Source of the DNA: an uncultured Verrucomicrobiales bacterium
GTDB taxonomy: Bacteria; Verrucomicrobiota; Verrucomicrobiia; Verrucomicrobiales; DEV007
NCBI GenBank assembly: GCA_964439145.1
Contig: CAYTNL010000017.1
Span: forward strand, 13,102-77,101
Direction: 5' to 3'
Length of the DNA stretch: 64,000 bases
Positions 1 to 8,886 of this stretch are shown here, one piece after another; position 1 is the stretch's first letter, and every line of letters begins with the position of its first letter. Under the pieces are notes generated by a model that saw only the letters and a list, made by a program, of their open reading frames with translations, did not search any database and was not told the origin of the DNA. The translations under genes and the position numbers were made by a program.

Positions 1-638
1 CGCATGCCCACATGATCGAGGCCGATCCCTCGGGTCGCTTCGTGATCCATGTCGATCTCGGTCTGGACCGAATCTACGTCTCCCGCTTCGATGCGGACAA
101 GGGTCGGCTCCAGCCGAACGATCCGCCCCACATCTCCCTGCCGCCCGGCGACGGGCCCCGGCATTTCGCGTTCCATCCCAACGGCCGCTGGTTCTACTCG
201 ATTCAGGAAGAAGGCTCCACAGTGGCGCTGTTCGATTGGGATGGAAACACCGGGCGCCTGTCCGCCCGCCAGACCGTCTCCAGCCTTCCGCCGGGCTATG
301 CCGGCAGCAATTTCTGCTCCGAGATTCTGGTGTCGGCCGACGGACGCTTCGTCTACGCCGGCAACCGGCTCCACGACAGCATCGGAGTCTTTGTGATCGA
401 CCAGGCGAGCGGCGAACTCAGTCACCTCGCCAACGAGTGGACGCGGGGAGACTATCCCCGCAGTTTCCAGTTCGATCCCTCGGGTCGCTTCCTCTACTCC
501 TGCAACCAGCGGGCCGACCATCTCGCCGTCTTCCGGGTGGATGGGGACCGGGGTACCCTCGAGTTCACCGGCCATTACGTTCCGGTGGGAAATCCATCCA
601 TCATCGTGTTTCACGATCTCGCCGCGGAGACACCCTGA
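1..638 (+). CDS. 7-bladed beta-propeller lactonase (6-phosphogluconolactonase-like), C-terminal part; 5' end outside window
   Basis: Frame of ORF 12..638 is open to the window edge. Repeated blade signatures (PNGRWFYSIQEEGSTVALF, SADGRFVYAGNRLHDSIGVF, PSGRFLYSCNQRADHLAVF) are typical of the YbhE/Pgl lactonase family. Confidence 0.65.
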   Translation, partial: HAHMIEADPSGRFVIHVDLGLDRIYVSRFDADKGRLQPNDPPHISLPPGDGPRHFAFHPNGRWFYSIQEEGSTVALFDWDGNTGRLSARQTVSSLPPGYAGSNFCSEILVSADGRFVYAGNRLHDSIGVFVIDQASGELSHLANEWTRGDYPRSFQFDPSGRFLYSCNQRADHLAVFRVDGDRGTLEFTGHYVPVGNPSIIVFHDLAAETP

Positions 639-716
639 GTGATCACTTCCGCGTACGCGCCCGACGTTTCCCCGCTTCGGCGCCCGGCGCGGGTGTATGT
701 TTCCGCCCCGCCGCCG

Positions 717-1427
717 ATGCATCACCACCGCCATCCCCGAGTATTTGCCTGGGCCCTCGCCCTGCCGCTCCTGATCGCGGGAGCGGTCATCAGCGAGGAA
801 AACGACGGCGCGGTGCCGGTATGGGGCAACGAGTATCCCGAGGGGCTCGAGCCCCTGAGACCGACGAACTTCGAGGCCCTGCTGACGAATTCCCCATTTC
901 TCAGATCCATCGATCTGTCGGATTCCCTCATCCTCACCGGCATCGCCCGCATCGAGGGAAATGTGATGGTGACCCTGCTGAAACGCGACACCAAGGAAAC
1001 CCACATCGTGTCCGATGTCGCCAACGCCCAGGGTTGGCGGCTGGTGGCGGTCGAGGGCGACCAGAGCGAACTTGAGAAAGTCACCGCCCAGATCGCACTC
1101 TCGGGAGGCGAGGTGTTCTCCGTCCGATTCGACGAGCGCCAGCTCAAGCCCGGCGAGGGCAAACCGGGCGGCGGCACGAGCGGGGGCTCCGGCGGGAGCG
1201 GGCGCCCGTCCTCGTCCCCGTCGGACTATCGCCAGGGCGTCTCCGGCGACGGGTTTCGCGGTCCGCCGCCTCCGGAGTTGGTGAAAAAGCTCTCCCAGCT
1301 CGATGAGGACACCCGCAACCGCTTGATCCGGGAAATCGGGCAGGCGCGGGAGCGGGGCGTCAGCAGCGAGGAGCGGCAAGTACTCTTCCAGCGCATGGTG
1401 GATCGCGCCCTCAGCCAGCGGCGTTGA
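717..1427 (+). CDS. Hypothetical secreted/membrane-anchored protein with Gly/Ser/Pro-rich linker
   Basis: ORF 639..1427. An in-frame ATG at 717 precedes the hydrophobic segment FAWALALPLLIAGAVI. Low-complexity GGGTSGGSGGSGRPSSSP, then a helical basic C-terminus. No recognisable family. Confidence 0.5.
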   Translation: MHHHRHPRVFAWALALPLLIAGAVISEENDGAVPVWGNEYPEGLEPLRPTNFEALLTNSPFLRSIDLSDSLILTGIARIEGNVMVTLLKRDTKETHIVSDVANAQGWRLVAVEGDQSELEKVTAQIALSGGEVFSVRFDERQLKPGEGKPGGGTSGGSGGSGRPSSSPSDYRQGVSGDGFRGPPPPELVKKLSQLDEDTRNRLIREIGQARERGVSSEERQVLFQRMVDRALSQRR

Positions 1428-1435
1428 GGGGCGGC

Positions 1436-2062
1436 TCAGTCTAGCAGGTAGGCCTCCAGGTCCCCGTCCGCCAGATACATCAGCAGCACCGCGCCGTCGG
1501 TGGCGACAGCCTCGAACAGATCCATCATCAGTTGTTCCTGTCCCGGCCAGGGATAGACGAAAAAGAGATCCACCTCCGCGGGATCCAGCCCGTCGTAGAG
1601 CGGAGTGACCAGCGCCTGGCCCGGCGCGGTGGTGGCCAGCGGCGGGATCAGGTCGGCGCCGCCCACGCCTTCCCCGACCTCGAACCCGTCCGGCAGATAG
1701 CTGATGGGCAGGATCTCCGCCGGGATGTCGAGATCCTCCAGCAGCGAGGCCGCCCGGCGCGCGAGTTCCGTCTCGATTTCAATGCCCACGGCGTCGAAGC
1801 CCAGCAGTGCGGCGATGCCGGTGGCGACACCGAAGCCGCAACCCCATTCGCAGAAGACCTCGCCACGCAGCGCGTCATCGCGGAGCAGCGAGGCCAGGGC
1901 GGCGTGGACCTTGGCCGGATCGCTCGGCAGATAGCGCGGGTAGCGTCGACCCAACCCATCGGCGAAAAAGTCGTCCACCCGACGATCCGCCTCCGCGATG
2001 AGCCTCGCCACCGCCTCGGGCGGGGACTCGGTGGACAAGGAGAGCGGGAGATCCTGGAGCAT
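1436..2062 (-). CDS. Putative class I SAM-dependent methyltransferase
   Basis: 208-aa ORF with a Gly-rich motif I-like segment (VFCEWGCGFGVATGIAA) followed by an acidic motif II-like GIEIE. Good coding-style composition. Confidence 0.5.
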   Translation of the reverse strand: MLQDLPLSLSTESPPEAVARLIAEADRRVDDFFADGLGRRYPRYLPSDPAKVHAALASLLRDDALRGEVFCEWGCGFGVATGIAALLGFDAVGIEIETELARRAASLLEDLDIPAEILPISYLPDGFEVGEGVGGADLIPPLATTAPGQALVTPLYDGLDPAEVDLFFVYPWPGQEQLMMDLFEAVATDGAVLLMYLADGDLEAYLLD

Positions 2063-2092
2063 GGGGGAGCGGCGGGAACGCGCGGCGCGGTC

Positions 2093-2134
2093 GGACTCAA
2101 CCCTGTTGACCCGCGGACCCGACCCTGTTTAGTC
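2093..2134 (+). repeat. Recurrent ACCCTsT-hexamer motif, tandem dimer (TTGACC-N16-TTTAGT)
   Basis: ggactcaaccctgTTGACCcgcggacccgaccctgTTTAGTc. Hexamers at 2106-2111 and 2128-2133, exactly 16 nt apart. Lies between divergent genes (starts 2062 minus, 2176 plus). Confidence 0.6.
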
Positions 2135-2175
2135 TGCGATGGGTCGATCTTCAACGAAGACCCTGAGCAGGCGCC

Positions 2176-2886
2176 GTGAAAACCTCCGGAAACCAGCCCG
2201 AACCTTCCTCCCGTTCCGCCGACGAACGGCCGGTGGTCCATGTCGCCTTTCGCGAACTGCGCTGCGTGGAATGCGGTGGCGACATTCATGACGGGGAATT
2301 TTTTCTCTACGAACAGTCGGGCGACCACTCACTCTGCCTGGCGTGCGCGGGGCTGGATCGGCTGGTCTTTCTCCCCAGCGGCGACACGGCTCTGACACGG
2401 CGATCCACCAAGTATTCTCGCGTCTCCGCCGTGGTGGTGAAATTCAGCCGCCGCCGCCGTCGGCACGAGCGCCAGGGCACCCTGGTGGAGGCCGCCGCGC
2501 TGGAAAAGGCCGAGGCGGAATGCCTCAACGACGAGGACGCCCGCGCGCGGGCCCGGGAGAGGGCGGCGGAGCGGCGCGCGGTGATGGACGCGGCCTACCT
2601 GGCGGAGTTTGCCGAAAGGCTGAGGGCGATCTACCCCGGCTGTCCCGAGGATGAAGCCAGGGCCATCGCCGAGCATGCCTGCGAGAAACACAGCGGTCGG
2701 GTGGGACGCACGGCTTCGGCGAAAAGCCTCGACGAGGGCGCCATCACCCTCGCGGTGCGGGCCCACATTCGGCATGTGCACACGCCCTATGATCGACTAT
2801 TCGCCAAGGGATGGGACCGCCAATCGGCCCGGCGAGAGGTGGCGGACCGCATCGATGAGGTGGCCCGGCGATGGCGACAGGCATGA
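2176..2886 (+). CDS. DUF2293-like protein with N-terminal CxxC...CxxC zinc-ribbon-like segment
   Basis: 236-aa ORF. RCVECGG...CLACAG N-terminal Cys pairs. The C-terminal half (HACEKHSGRVGRTA...AVRAHIRHVHTPYD) resembles the DUF2293 family as I recall it. Confidence 0.5.
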   Translation: MKTSGNQPEPSSRSADERPVVHVAFRELRCVECGGDIHDGEFFLYEQSGDHSLCLACAGLDRLVFLPSGDTALTRRSTKYSRVSAVVVKFSRRRRRHERQGTLVEAAALEKAEAECLNDEDARARARERAAERRAVMDAAYLAEFAERLRAIYPGCPEDEARAIAEHACEKHSGRVGRTASAKSLDEGAITLAVRAHIRHVHTPYDRLFAKGWDRQSARREVADRIDEVARRWRQA

Positions 2887-2968
2887 AAAATGCGCCGCAA
2901 AAAAACCGCTTCGCAAAGGGCCTTGTGTCTCAGGAAAATGGGGCGAACTTTATGACGATTCTGGCACT

Positions 2969-3862
2969 ATGACTGACTCCAGACTTTTTCACATCCTGTT
3001 CCGATCGGCGAGTCCGCTGACGGCTCTCGCCCTCGCCACCGGATGCACCGCGCCAGTGGTTTCCGATACCGCCATCGCCCATGCCAAGCAACGCGTGGCG
3101 GCCGAGGTGGGGGCCAAGCCGAAGGAGGGCAGCCTCATCATTGTCGATTATTCCAAGCCCTCGTCGGAGAAGCGGATGACGGTGGTGGACCTGAAAAGTG
3201 GCCGGGCGAGGATGAACAGTCTGGTGGCGCACGGGGTGAACTCCGGTCTGCTTTACGCGACGGACTTTTCCGACCGGGTGGGATCGGAAAAATCGTCGCT
3301 GGGTCTTTTCCGGGTCGCCGAGCCCTATTACGGCAAGCACGGCCGTTCGCTCCGGCTCGACGGACTGGATCCCGGATTCAACATCAACGCGCGCCGACGG
3401 GCCATCGTGGTTCACGCCGCCGACTACGTGTCAAAGGAGACCATGCGGGAGAATCGCGACGAGTACGGTCGGCTCGGTCGTAGCGCGGGCTGTTTTTCCC
3501 TCTCGGACAAGGACATGGCCAAGCTGGACCGGAAGCTCAAAGGAGGACCGGCCTACATTTTCGCCTACGCGCCGACCATGACGGCGGAGCTGGGCTACGA
3601 CATCCCCGGACTGCCGGATCCGATGGCGCCCCAACCGATGCCGGCGGCGCCGCCAATGCCCGAAACGCCGCGTCCGATGTTGGCCTCCGCCCCCGAGCCG
3701 GCCGCGATGCCGCGCCCGGTGACGGCGGATTACCAGATGGCTGCCCCGGCGCCGGCCCAGCCGACTCCGGTACCGCCCGCGCAGGTGACGGCGGCGGCGG
3801 AGCGTGGCACCCGCAACTGGACGCCGCTGCTCACGCTGAGCAACGCGCAGGCGGCCCGCTGA
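2969..3862 (+). CDS. L,D-transpeptidase catalytic-domain family lipoprotein (YkuD_2-like) with Pro-rich C-terminal tail
   Basis: In-frame ATG at 2969 inside ORF 2651..3862. Lipobox LATGC. VAHGVNSG...SLGLFRV...HGRSLRLDGL...AIVVHAADYV...GRSAGCF matches the murein L,D-transpeptidase-like family, including the catalytic Cys context. The tail is a PxP-rich repeat. Confidence 0.7.
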   Translation: MTDSRLFHILFRSASPLTALALATGCTAPVVSDTAIAHAKQRVAAEVGAKPKEGSLIIVDYSKPSSEKRMTVVDLKSGRARMNSLVAHGVNSGLLYATDFSDRVGSEKSSLGLFRVAEPYYGKHGRSLRLDGLDPGFNINARRRAIVVHAADYVSKETMRENRDEYGRLGRSAGCFSLSDKDMAKLDRKLKGGPAYIFAYAPTMTAELGYDIPGLPDPMAPQPMPAAPPMPETPRPMLASAPEPAAMPRPVTADYQMAAPAPAQPTPVPPAQVTAAAERGTRNWTPLLTLSNAQAAR

Positions 3863-4921
3863 TCAGAGATAGCTGGAAAGCAGACGCAGCGCGGCGCCGA
3901 CCGAGCGGAGGGTGGCGGTCTCGCTGGCGGTATGGTAGCCGGTGGTGGGTATCTGCAAAGTGGTGCCGTTGAGATGGCCTCCGGTGGCGGCGACGAGACG
4001 GCCCAGCTCGGTCCGTCCCAGGGAGAGCGGCTTGGCGCGACCGACATTCTGTTGCTCGATCCAGAGATCCTTGTGGGAGTAGGTCAGGCCGAGCCGATCA
4101 CAGAGCGACTGGATCTCTGCGGTGAATGCCACGTCGAATGGGGCGGTGGCGTCGCGGTGTCGCAGCACCAGATCCTGGGCGGCCGCGGCTTCGGCGTCCG
4201 GGTAGGGACTGGTGTCCAGCACCAGCAGCCGACGGGTGTTCCATCGCTCGCGCTGGAACCATGAGAGCGCGTGGCGCCAACTGCGTCCGGCCTCCTCCTG
4301 GGCGGTGAACAGGGCGGTGCCCTGAAATCCGAGGCGGAACAGGTGAATGATGAGCGCCACCGAGAGCACATTGTCGAGCTGGGCCGAGAGGGCACCGTCG
4401 GCGACGCGCAGCCGATCAAGAAAGGCCACCGGAGTGCCGGGGTGGAGATATTCGAGCCCCTCGATTTCGAAAATGAGATTCCTCCGGTAGGGACACATGC
4501 GACCGGAGGAGATGACGCCCTGTCCCAGATAGGTGCCGGTGAAGGGCAGGTGGGCCTGGACACGTTGTCCGGTGAAACGATCCGCGATGGTCGCCATGGT
4601 TTGCTCGGAAACCGAGTCGCCATCGAGCTCGCCGCGGTTCCCGGCGATGAAGGCGGCGTACTGGAATTCGTTCGGCCCGGTGCAGAGCAACCCGTGACGG
4701 TCGATGTGCGCCGAAAGCACGAGGATATCCGGTTCCCTGCCCTGTGCCACCAGCACGCCGAGATGACGCTCCACCCTGATGTCGAATTCCTCCAGCTCCC
4801 GGCGCAACACCCGAAAAAAGGAATCCTCCACCCCTACGACCGAGGGTTCTCGGACCAGTTGCTGGAGGATTTCCAGAAAACCCGACAAGTCCGGGATAGG
4901 ATCGGGGGTGGTGTGCATCAT
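3863..4921 (-). CDS. M42/M20-like metallopeptidase family protein
   Basis: ORF 3863..4963, likely start MMHTT at 4921. Motifs SAHIDRHG, TAQEEAGRSW (QEExG-like), LLVLDTSP and TTGYHTASE resemble the M42 aminopeptidase metal-ligand blocks. Confidence 0.55.
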   Translation of the reverse strand: MMHTTPDPIPDLSGFLEILQQLVREPSVVGVEDSFFRVLRRELEEFDIRVERHLGVLVAQGREPDILVLSAHIDRHGLLCTGPNEFQYAAFIAGNRGELDGDSVSEQTMATIADRFTGQRVQAHLPFTGTYLGQGVISSGRMCPYRRNLIFEIEGLEYLHPGTPVAFLDRLRVADGALSAQLDNVLSVALIIHLFRLGFQGTALFTAQEEAGRSWRHALSWFQRERWNTRRLLVLDTSPYPDAEAAAAQDLVLRHRDATAPFDVAFTAEIQSLCDRLGLTYSHKDLWIEQQNVGRAKPLSLGRTELGRLVAATGGHLNGTTLQIPTTGYHTASETATLRSVGAALRLLSSYL

Positions 4922-4966
4922 GTGTCTCCGAGGCGCTGAGCAGAAAGCGTGCCCTGTTCCCATGGG

Positions 4967-7186
4967 TCACTCCTCCTCGTGAATCGTGATGATCTGGTTG
5001 GCGTCGACATCGGAGAGCACCTGGGTCTTTCCGGTGACCGGCCAGTGGACCTCCACCCGCTCGGCTCTGTTCGCCTCGCCCAAGCCGAAGTGCAGCCGGA
5101 GGGGGTTGGCCCCGAAACTGCCGCCGCTGTCCATCCATTGATGCACCTGGCGTCGACCGCGTCCGGGCTCGTCGAGGGTGACGGAGACGCGGCATCCCAC
5201 GCCCCGGTTGTTCGACCGCGTGCCGACCAGGCGCACGCCGAGCCAGGCGCGACCAAAGCCGGGATTCTCGAAAAGCACATCGTAGAATTTGTCGCCCGGC
5301 AGGGCGCCGCTCATCTGCTCGAACAGGTCCAGATCCCCGTCGCCATCGAAATCCGCGAAGGTCACGGCGTGGCCTTTCTGCAGGTGACCCATGCGGCTGG
5401 TGAGGGTGAGATCGTGATACTTTTTCCCGTCGTGTATCAGGAGCAGATTCGGCACCAGAGCGTCGAAGTCGGGCGTGCCCGAACCGAGGTAGAAGTCGGG
5501 AAACCCGTTGTTGGTGAGGTCCGCGAAATTGCTTCCCATCGGCAGCATGGGCCGGTCGAGCCCGACTTCGCGGGCGATGTCGCGGAAGCCTTTGCCCTGT
5601 TGGTTGTGAAACAGCGACGCGACGATGGAGGCATCCGGCGGTCCGCCCCTATAGTAGTTCACGTAGTCGATGGGGAGCGAGGTGTAGTTGCTGACGAAAA
5701 GATCGAGCCAGCCGTCGTTGTCGTGATCGAGGAACCAGGCGGGGAAACTGCGGATCGGTCCGGCGGTCGGCCCGAGGAGCGCGGAAACGTCTTCGAAGGT
5801 GCCGTCGCCCCGGTTGCGAAAGAGCCGGTTGGGCGCGCCCATGCAGGAGAGAAAAAGGTCGGGATAGTGATCCCCGTCGTAGTCGCCCCAGCTGGCGCCT
5901 TTCACGAAAGCCCGCAGATCCAGTCCCGCCGCGGCGGCGACATCGGTGAAGGCCTTGCCACCCTCGTTGCGGAACAACTGGCAGCGGGCGTCACCATCCT
6001 CGAGGCTCTCGTTCCCGATGAACAGATCGAGATCACCGTCGAGGTCGTAGTCCGCCCACTCGCCGGTCTGGGTCGGGCGCGCCGGCTCGGCCAGGCCGAC
6101 GGCATGGGTCACGTCGATGAAGCGCCCGCGCCCGTCGTTTCTCAGCAGCGAATTCGGATGACGACCGCTTTTCCCGAGCCAGGCGCCGCGGAGCACCAGG
6201 ATGTCGAGGTGACCATCGTTGTCGTAGTCGGCCTGGGTCAGGTTGAGGCCGCCACCGATGCCCTCCAGGCCGGCATCGGCTTCGGTGAAGGTGCCGTCGC
6301 CATCGTTGAGATGGAGCTTCACCGACACCGCCGGATCCCAGGAGGAGGTCACCAGATCGATCCAGCCGTCGCCGTTGAAGTCGTCGGCGATGGCGCCTCC
6401 GGAGAGGCTGAAATCGTTGACTCCGGCCTCGGCGGCGATGTTCCTGAATGCCGGAAACGGGGGCGGATTGCCCGGCTCGCCGCCGCCTAGCCACGGCGCG
6501 GGTTCCCGGGGAACCGGCACCAGCCAGGGGGCGGGCACCCCATCGGGATGGTTACCGAGGGTCATGGCGGCGATGTTCAGCAGCCAGATGGCCCGGGCGG
6601 TGTCGGCGTCATCCATCGGCATGCCGGTGAGCATCTGCGTCAGGTGGGAGACGGCCTGCTCCGATCCCTCGCGTCGATGGTGGCGGGCGGCTTCGCTGAT
6701 CGGGTAGATGCAGCTCTCCGGGTGGTTGGCGGCGCAGCAGTTCTCCGTCTCCGCCAGTCGCAGCTTGGCGATGATGAGGAAATGCAGCGCGTCGCGGACG
6801 AGTTCCCGGGGGAAATCCGCGGCGACGCTCTGATCGCGGATCACGGCGAGGGCGGACTCCAGATGGGCGATGGAGTCGCGCTCGAGGCCGTGGTTGAGCT
6901 CGGCGATCCCGAGTCGCATCAGGGTATCGAAGCGATCCCCGGGGGGTGTTTCCTCCGACAGCCCGGCGAGTCGCTCCCGCAACATCTCCAGTTCCCGCGT
7001 GCCGAGGAATGGGTGGGTCGCGGCGGTCTGCTCTCTGAGCTGTGACATTACCTCGAGCATGCGTCGGTGGGAGTCGAGCTCTTCGGCGGTGAAGGGCGCG
7101 GCCTCTTCGGCGCCGGTGAGGGGGAATATGGCGAGCGTCCCGGCCAACGCCAGCAGCAGCGGGAATATCGGTCGCCTTTGAGCCAT
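4967..7186 (-). CDS. CRTAC1-family protein: TPR-like N-terminus, FG-GAP/VCBS repeats, ASPIC/UnbV C-terminal domain
   Basis: ORF 4967..7261. ATG at 7186 precedes the signal peptide MAQRRPIFPLLLALAGTLAIFPLTGA. Multiple D-x-[DN]-x-DG-x-x-D repeats (DFNGDGWIDL, DYDNDGHLDI, DYDLDGDLDL, DYDGDHYPDL, DHDNDGWLDL, DFDGDGDLDL). C-terminus RVEVHWPVTGKTQVL is typical of UnbV_ASPIC. Confidence 0.8.
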   Translation of the reverse strand: MAQRRPIFPLLLALAGTLAIFPLTGAEEAAPFTAEELDSHRRMLEVMSQLREQTAATHPFLGTRELEMLRERLAGLSEETPPGDRFDTLMRLGIAELNHGLERDSIAHLESALAVIRDQSVAADFPRELVRDALHFLIIAKLRLAETENCCAANHPESCIYPISEAARHHRREGSEQAVSHLTQMLTGMPMDDADTARAIWLLNIAAMTLGNHPDGVPAPWLVPVPREPAPWLGGGEPGNPPPFPAFRNIAAEAGVNDFSLSGGAIADDFNGDGWIDLVTSSWDPAVSVKLHLNDGDGTFTEADAGLEGIGGGLNLTQADYDNDGHLDILVLRGAWLGKSGRHPNSLLRNDGRGRFIDVTHAVGLAEPARPTQTGEWADYDLDGDLDLFIGNESLEDGDARCQLFRNEGGKAFTDVAAAAGLDLRAFVKGASWGDYDGDHYPDLFLSCMGAPNRLFRNRGDGTFEDVSALLGPTAGPIRSFPAWFLDHDNDGWLDLFVSNYTSLPIDYVNYYRGGPPDASIVASLFHNQQGKGFRDIAREVGLDRPMLPMGSNFADLTNNGFPDFYLGSGTPDFDALVPNLLLIHDGKKYHDLTLTSRMGHLQKGHAVTFADFDGDGDLDLFEQMSGALPGDKFYDVLFENPGFGRAWLGVRLVGTRSNNRGVGCRVSVTLDEPGRGRRQVHQWMDSGGSFGANPLRLHFGLGEANRAERVEVHWPVTGKTQVLSDVDANQIITIHEEE

Positions 7187-7339
7187 CCCCGGCAGCATAG
7201 GCGGTCGCGCGATTCCGGTCCAGAGAGGAAAGCGGCGACCCGACAAGTTGGCGATTGTCACTCACGGGCCCCTGAAGGATAATTGGTCATTTGTCCAGGA
7301 TCGGCGCGGGCGATCACCGGCTTTCCCCCACATTCCATC

Positions 7340-8818
7340 ATGTCCAGACTAGCCGTCCCCCTCGCCGGAGTCATCGCGATCACGAGTCAGGCGGTCTGTC
7401 CCGGGGCCGAGGGCGACCGCGACGAGCACACCATCACCCCGCTGGCGGCGCGCTATTGCAGTTCGTGCCATCTGCCTCCCCGTCCGGGTGCGATCATACG
7501 CGAGCATTGGCCGGAGATATTCGGTTTCATGGGCGACTGGATCCAGGAGCGGAAGCTGCCCTATGACGCGGCGGAGTTTCAGGAGCTGCTGGATTACTAC
7601 GTCGCCAACAGCCCGGAGGAGTTTCCCCCGCCCCCCAACGACCTGCCCGAGAGTCCCCTACCGTTTCAGCGGGCCACCCTGGGGCGCCCCTCCCCGGTGC
7701 CCCGGCCCAAGATCACGCATGTGAATGTCACCGACCTCGACCGGAACGGCCGCGACGATGTCCTCATCTGTGACGATGTCGCCGGTCGGGTGACCTGGCT
7801 GGAGATCGCGGGCGGGAAATGGAACGAGACTTCGCTGGCGAAAATCGACACCCCGGTGAAGACCCATGTCTTCGACTTCGATGGCGATGGTCACCAGGAC
7901 ATCGTGGTCGCCGCGCTGGGATTTCTCAGTCCCACCGACGACCTCATCGGCACCGCATGGCTCTTGCGCAACCGGGGCGACCAGACCTTCGAGTCCCTCA
8001 ATCTCCTGCGCAACACCGCCCGGGTGGCCGACATCAAGCCCGGCGACTTCAACGGCGACGGGAAGACCGACTTCGCCGTGGCCCAGTTCGGCTGGCGGGA
8101 AACCGGGGTCATTTCCCTCCTCGAGCAGCAGACGCCCAACACCTTCCTCCGCCGCGAGATCCTCCAGATTCATGGCGCCATGCAGCTGGAGGTCGTCGAT
8201 TTTGATAGGGATGGGAGACTGGACTTCGTGGTCCTCTTCGCCCAGGAGCACGAGAGCGTGGTCCTGTTTCGCAACGAGGGGAACGGCGAGTTCACCGACC
8301 GCATCCTGGTGCGCGCCCTCCATCCCGCATTCGGCTCCTCGGGGTTCGAGCTCGTCGATCTCGATCAGGACGGCGACCTCGACATTCTCCACACCAACGG
8401 CGACATGATGGATGAGATTTCCCTGCCCAAGCCCTACCACGGGCTGCGCTGGTTTGAGAATGTGGAGGGCGAATTCCAGATCCGCGAACTCCTCCGCATG
8501 ACCGGCTGCTATCACGCCACCGCCCGCGACATGGATGGCGACGGCGACCTCGACATCGTGGCTTCCAGCCTGAATTTCTATTGGAGCGACCATGACGAGC
8601 CCAGCCTGATCTGGCTGCGCAACGATGGGCGGCAGAATTTCACCCCCTACCGCATCGCCTATGCCCCGACAAATCTTGTCACCATGGACATTGGCGATCT
8701 GAACGCCGACGGCCTGCCCGACATCATCGCCGGAGGCATGCACGTCCCCGGTCCCCTCGGTCGCGAGGCCCGCGTGACCGGCTTCTTTCAGAAAGCGGTC
8801 GAGTCCGGGGGGCGCTAG
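7340..8818 (+). CDS. FG-GAP/VCBS repeat protein with N-terminal CxxCH (heme c) motif
   Basis: ORF 7283..8818. ATG at 7340 gives the signal-like MSRLAVPLAGVIAITSQAV. CSSCH motif. FG-GAP repeats (DLDRNGRDDV, DFDGDGHQDI, DFNGDGKTDF, DFDRDGRLDF, DLDQDGDLDI, DMDGDGDLDI, DLNADGLPDI). Confidence 0.75.
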   Translation: MSRLAVPLAGVIAITSQAVCPGAEGDRDEHTITPLAARYCSSCHLPPRPGAIIREHWPEIFGFMGDWIQERKLPYDAAEFQELLDYYVANSPEEFPPPPNDLPESPLPFQRATLGRPSPVPRPKITHVNVTDLDRNGRDDVLICDDVAGRVTWLEIAGGKWNETSLAKIDTPVKTHVFDFDGDGHQDIVVAALGFLSPTDDLIGTAWLLRNRGDQTFESLNLLRNTARVADIKPGDFNGDGKTDFAVAQFGWRETGVISLLEQQTPNTFLRREILQIHGAMQLEVVDFDRDGRLDFVVLFAQEHESVVLFRNEGNGEFTDRILVRALHPAFGSSGFELVDLDQDGDLDILHTNGDMMDEISLPKPYHGLRWFENVEGEFQIRELLRMTGCYHATARDMDGDGDLDIVASSLNFYWSDHDEPSLIWLRNDGRQNFTPYRIAYAPTNLVTMDIGDLNADGLPDIIAGGMHVPGPLGREARVTGFFQKAVESGGR

Positions 8819-8886
8819 GTGAATGAGGCGCGATGCGGGGTTTACCTGGCGTTCGATACCTGATTATGCTTTGGAATTTAACGCCG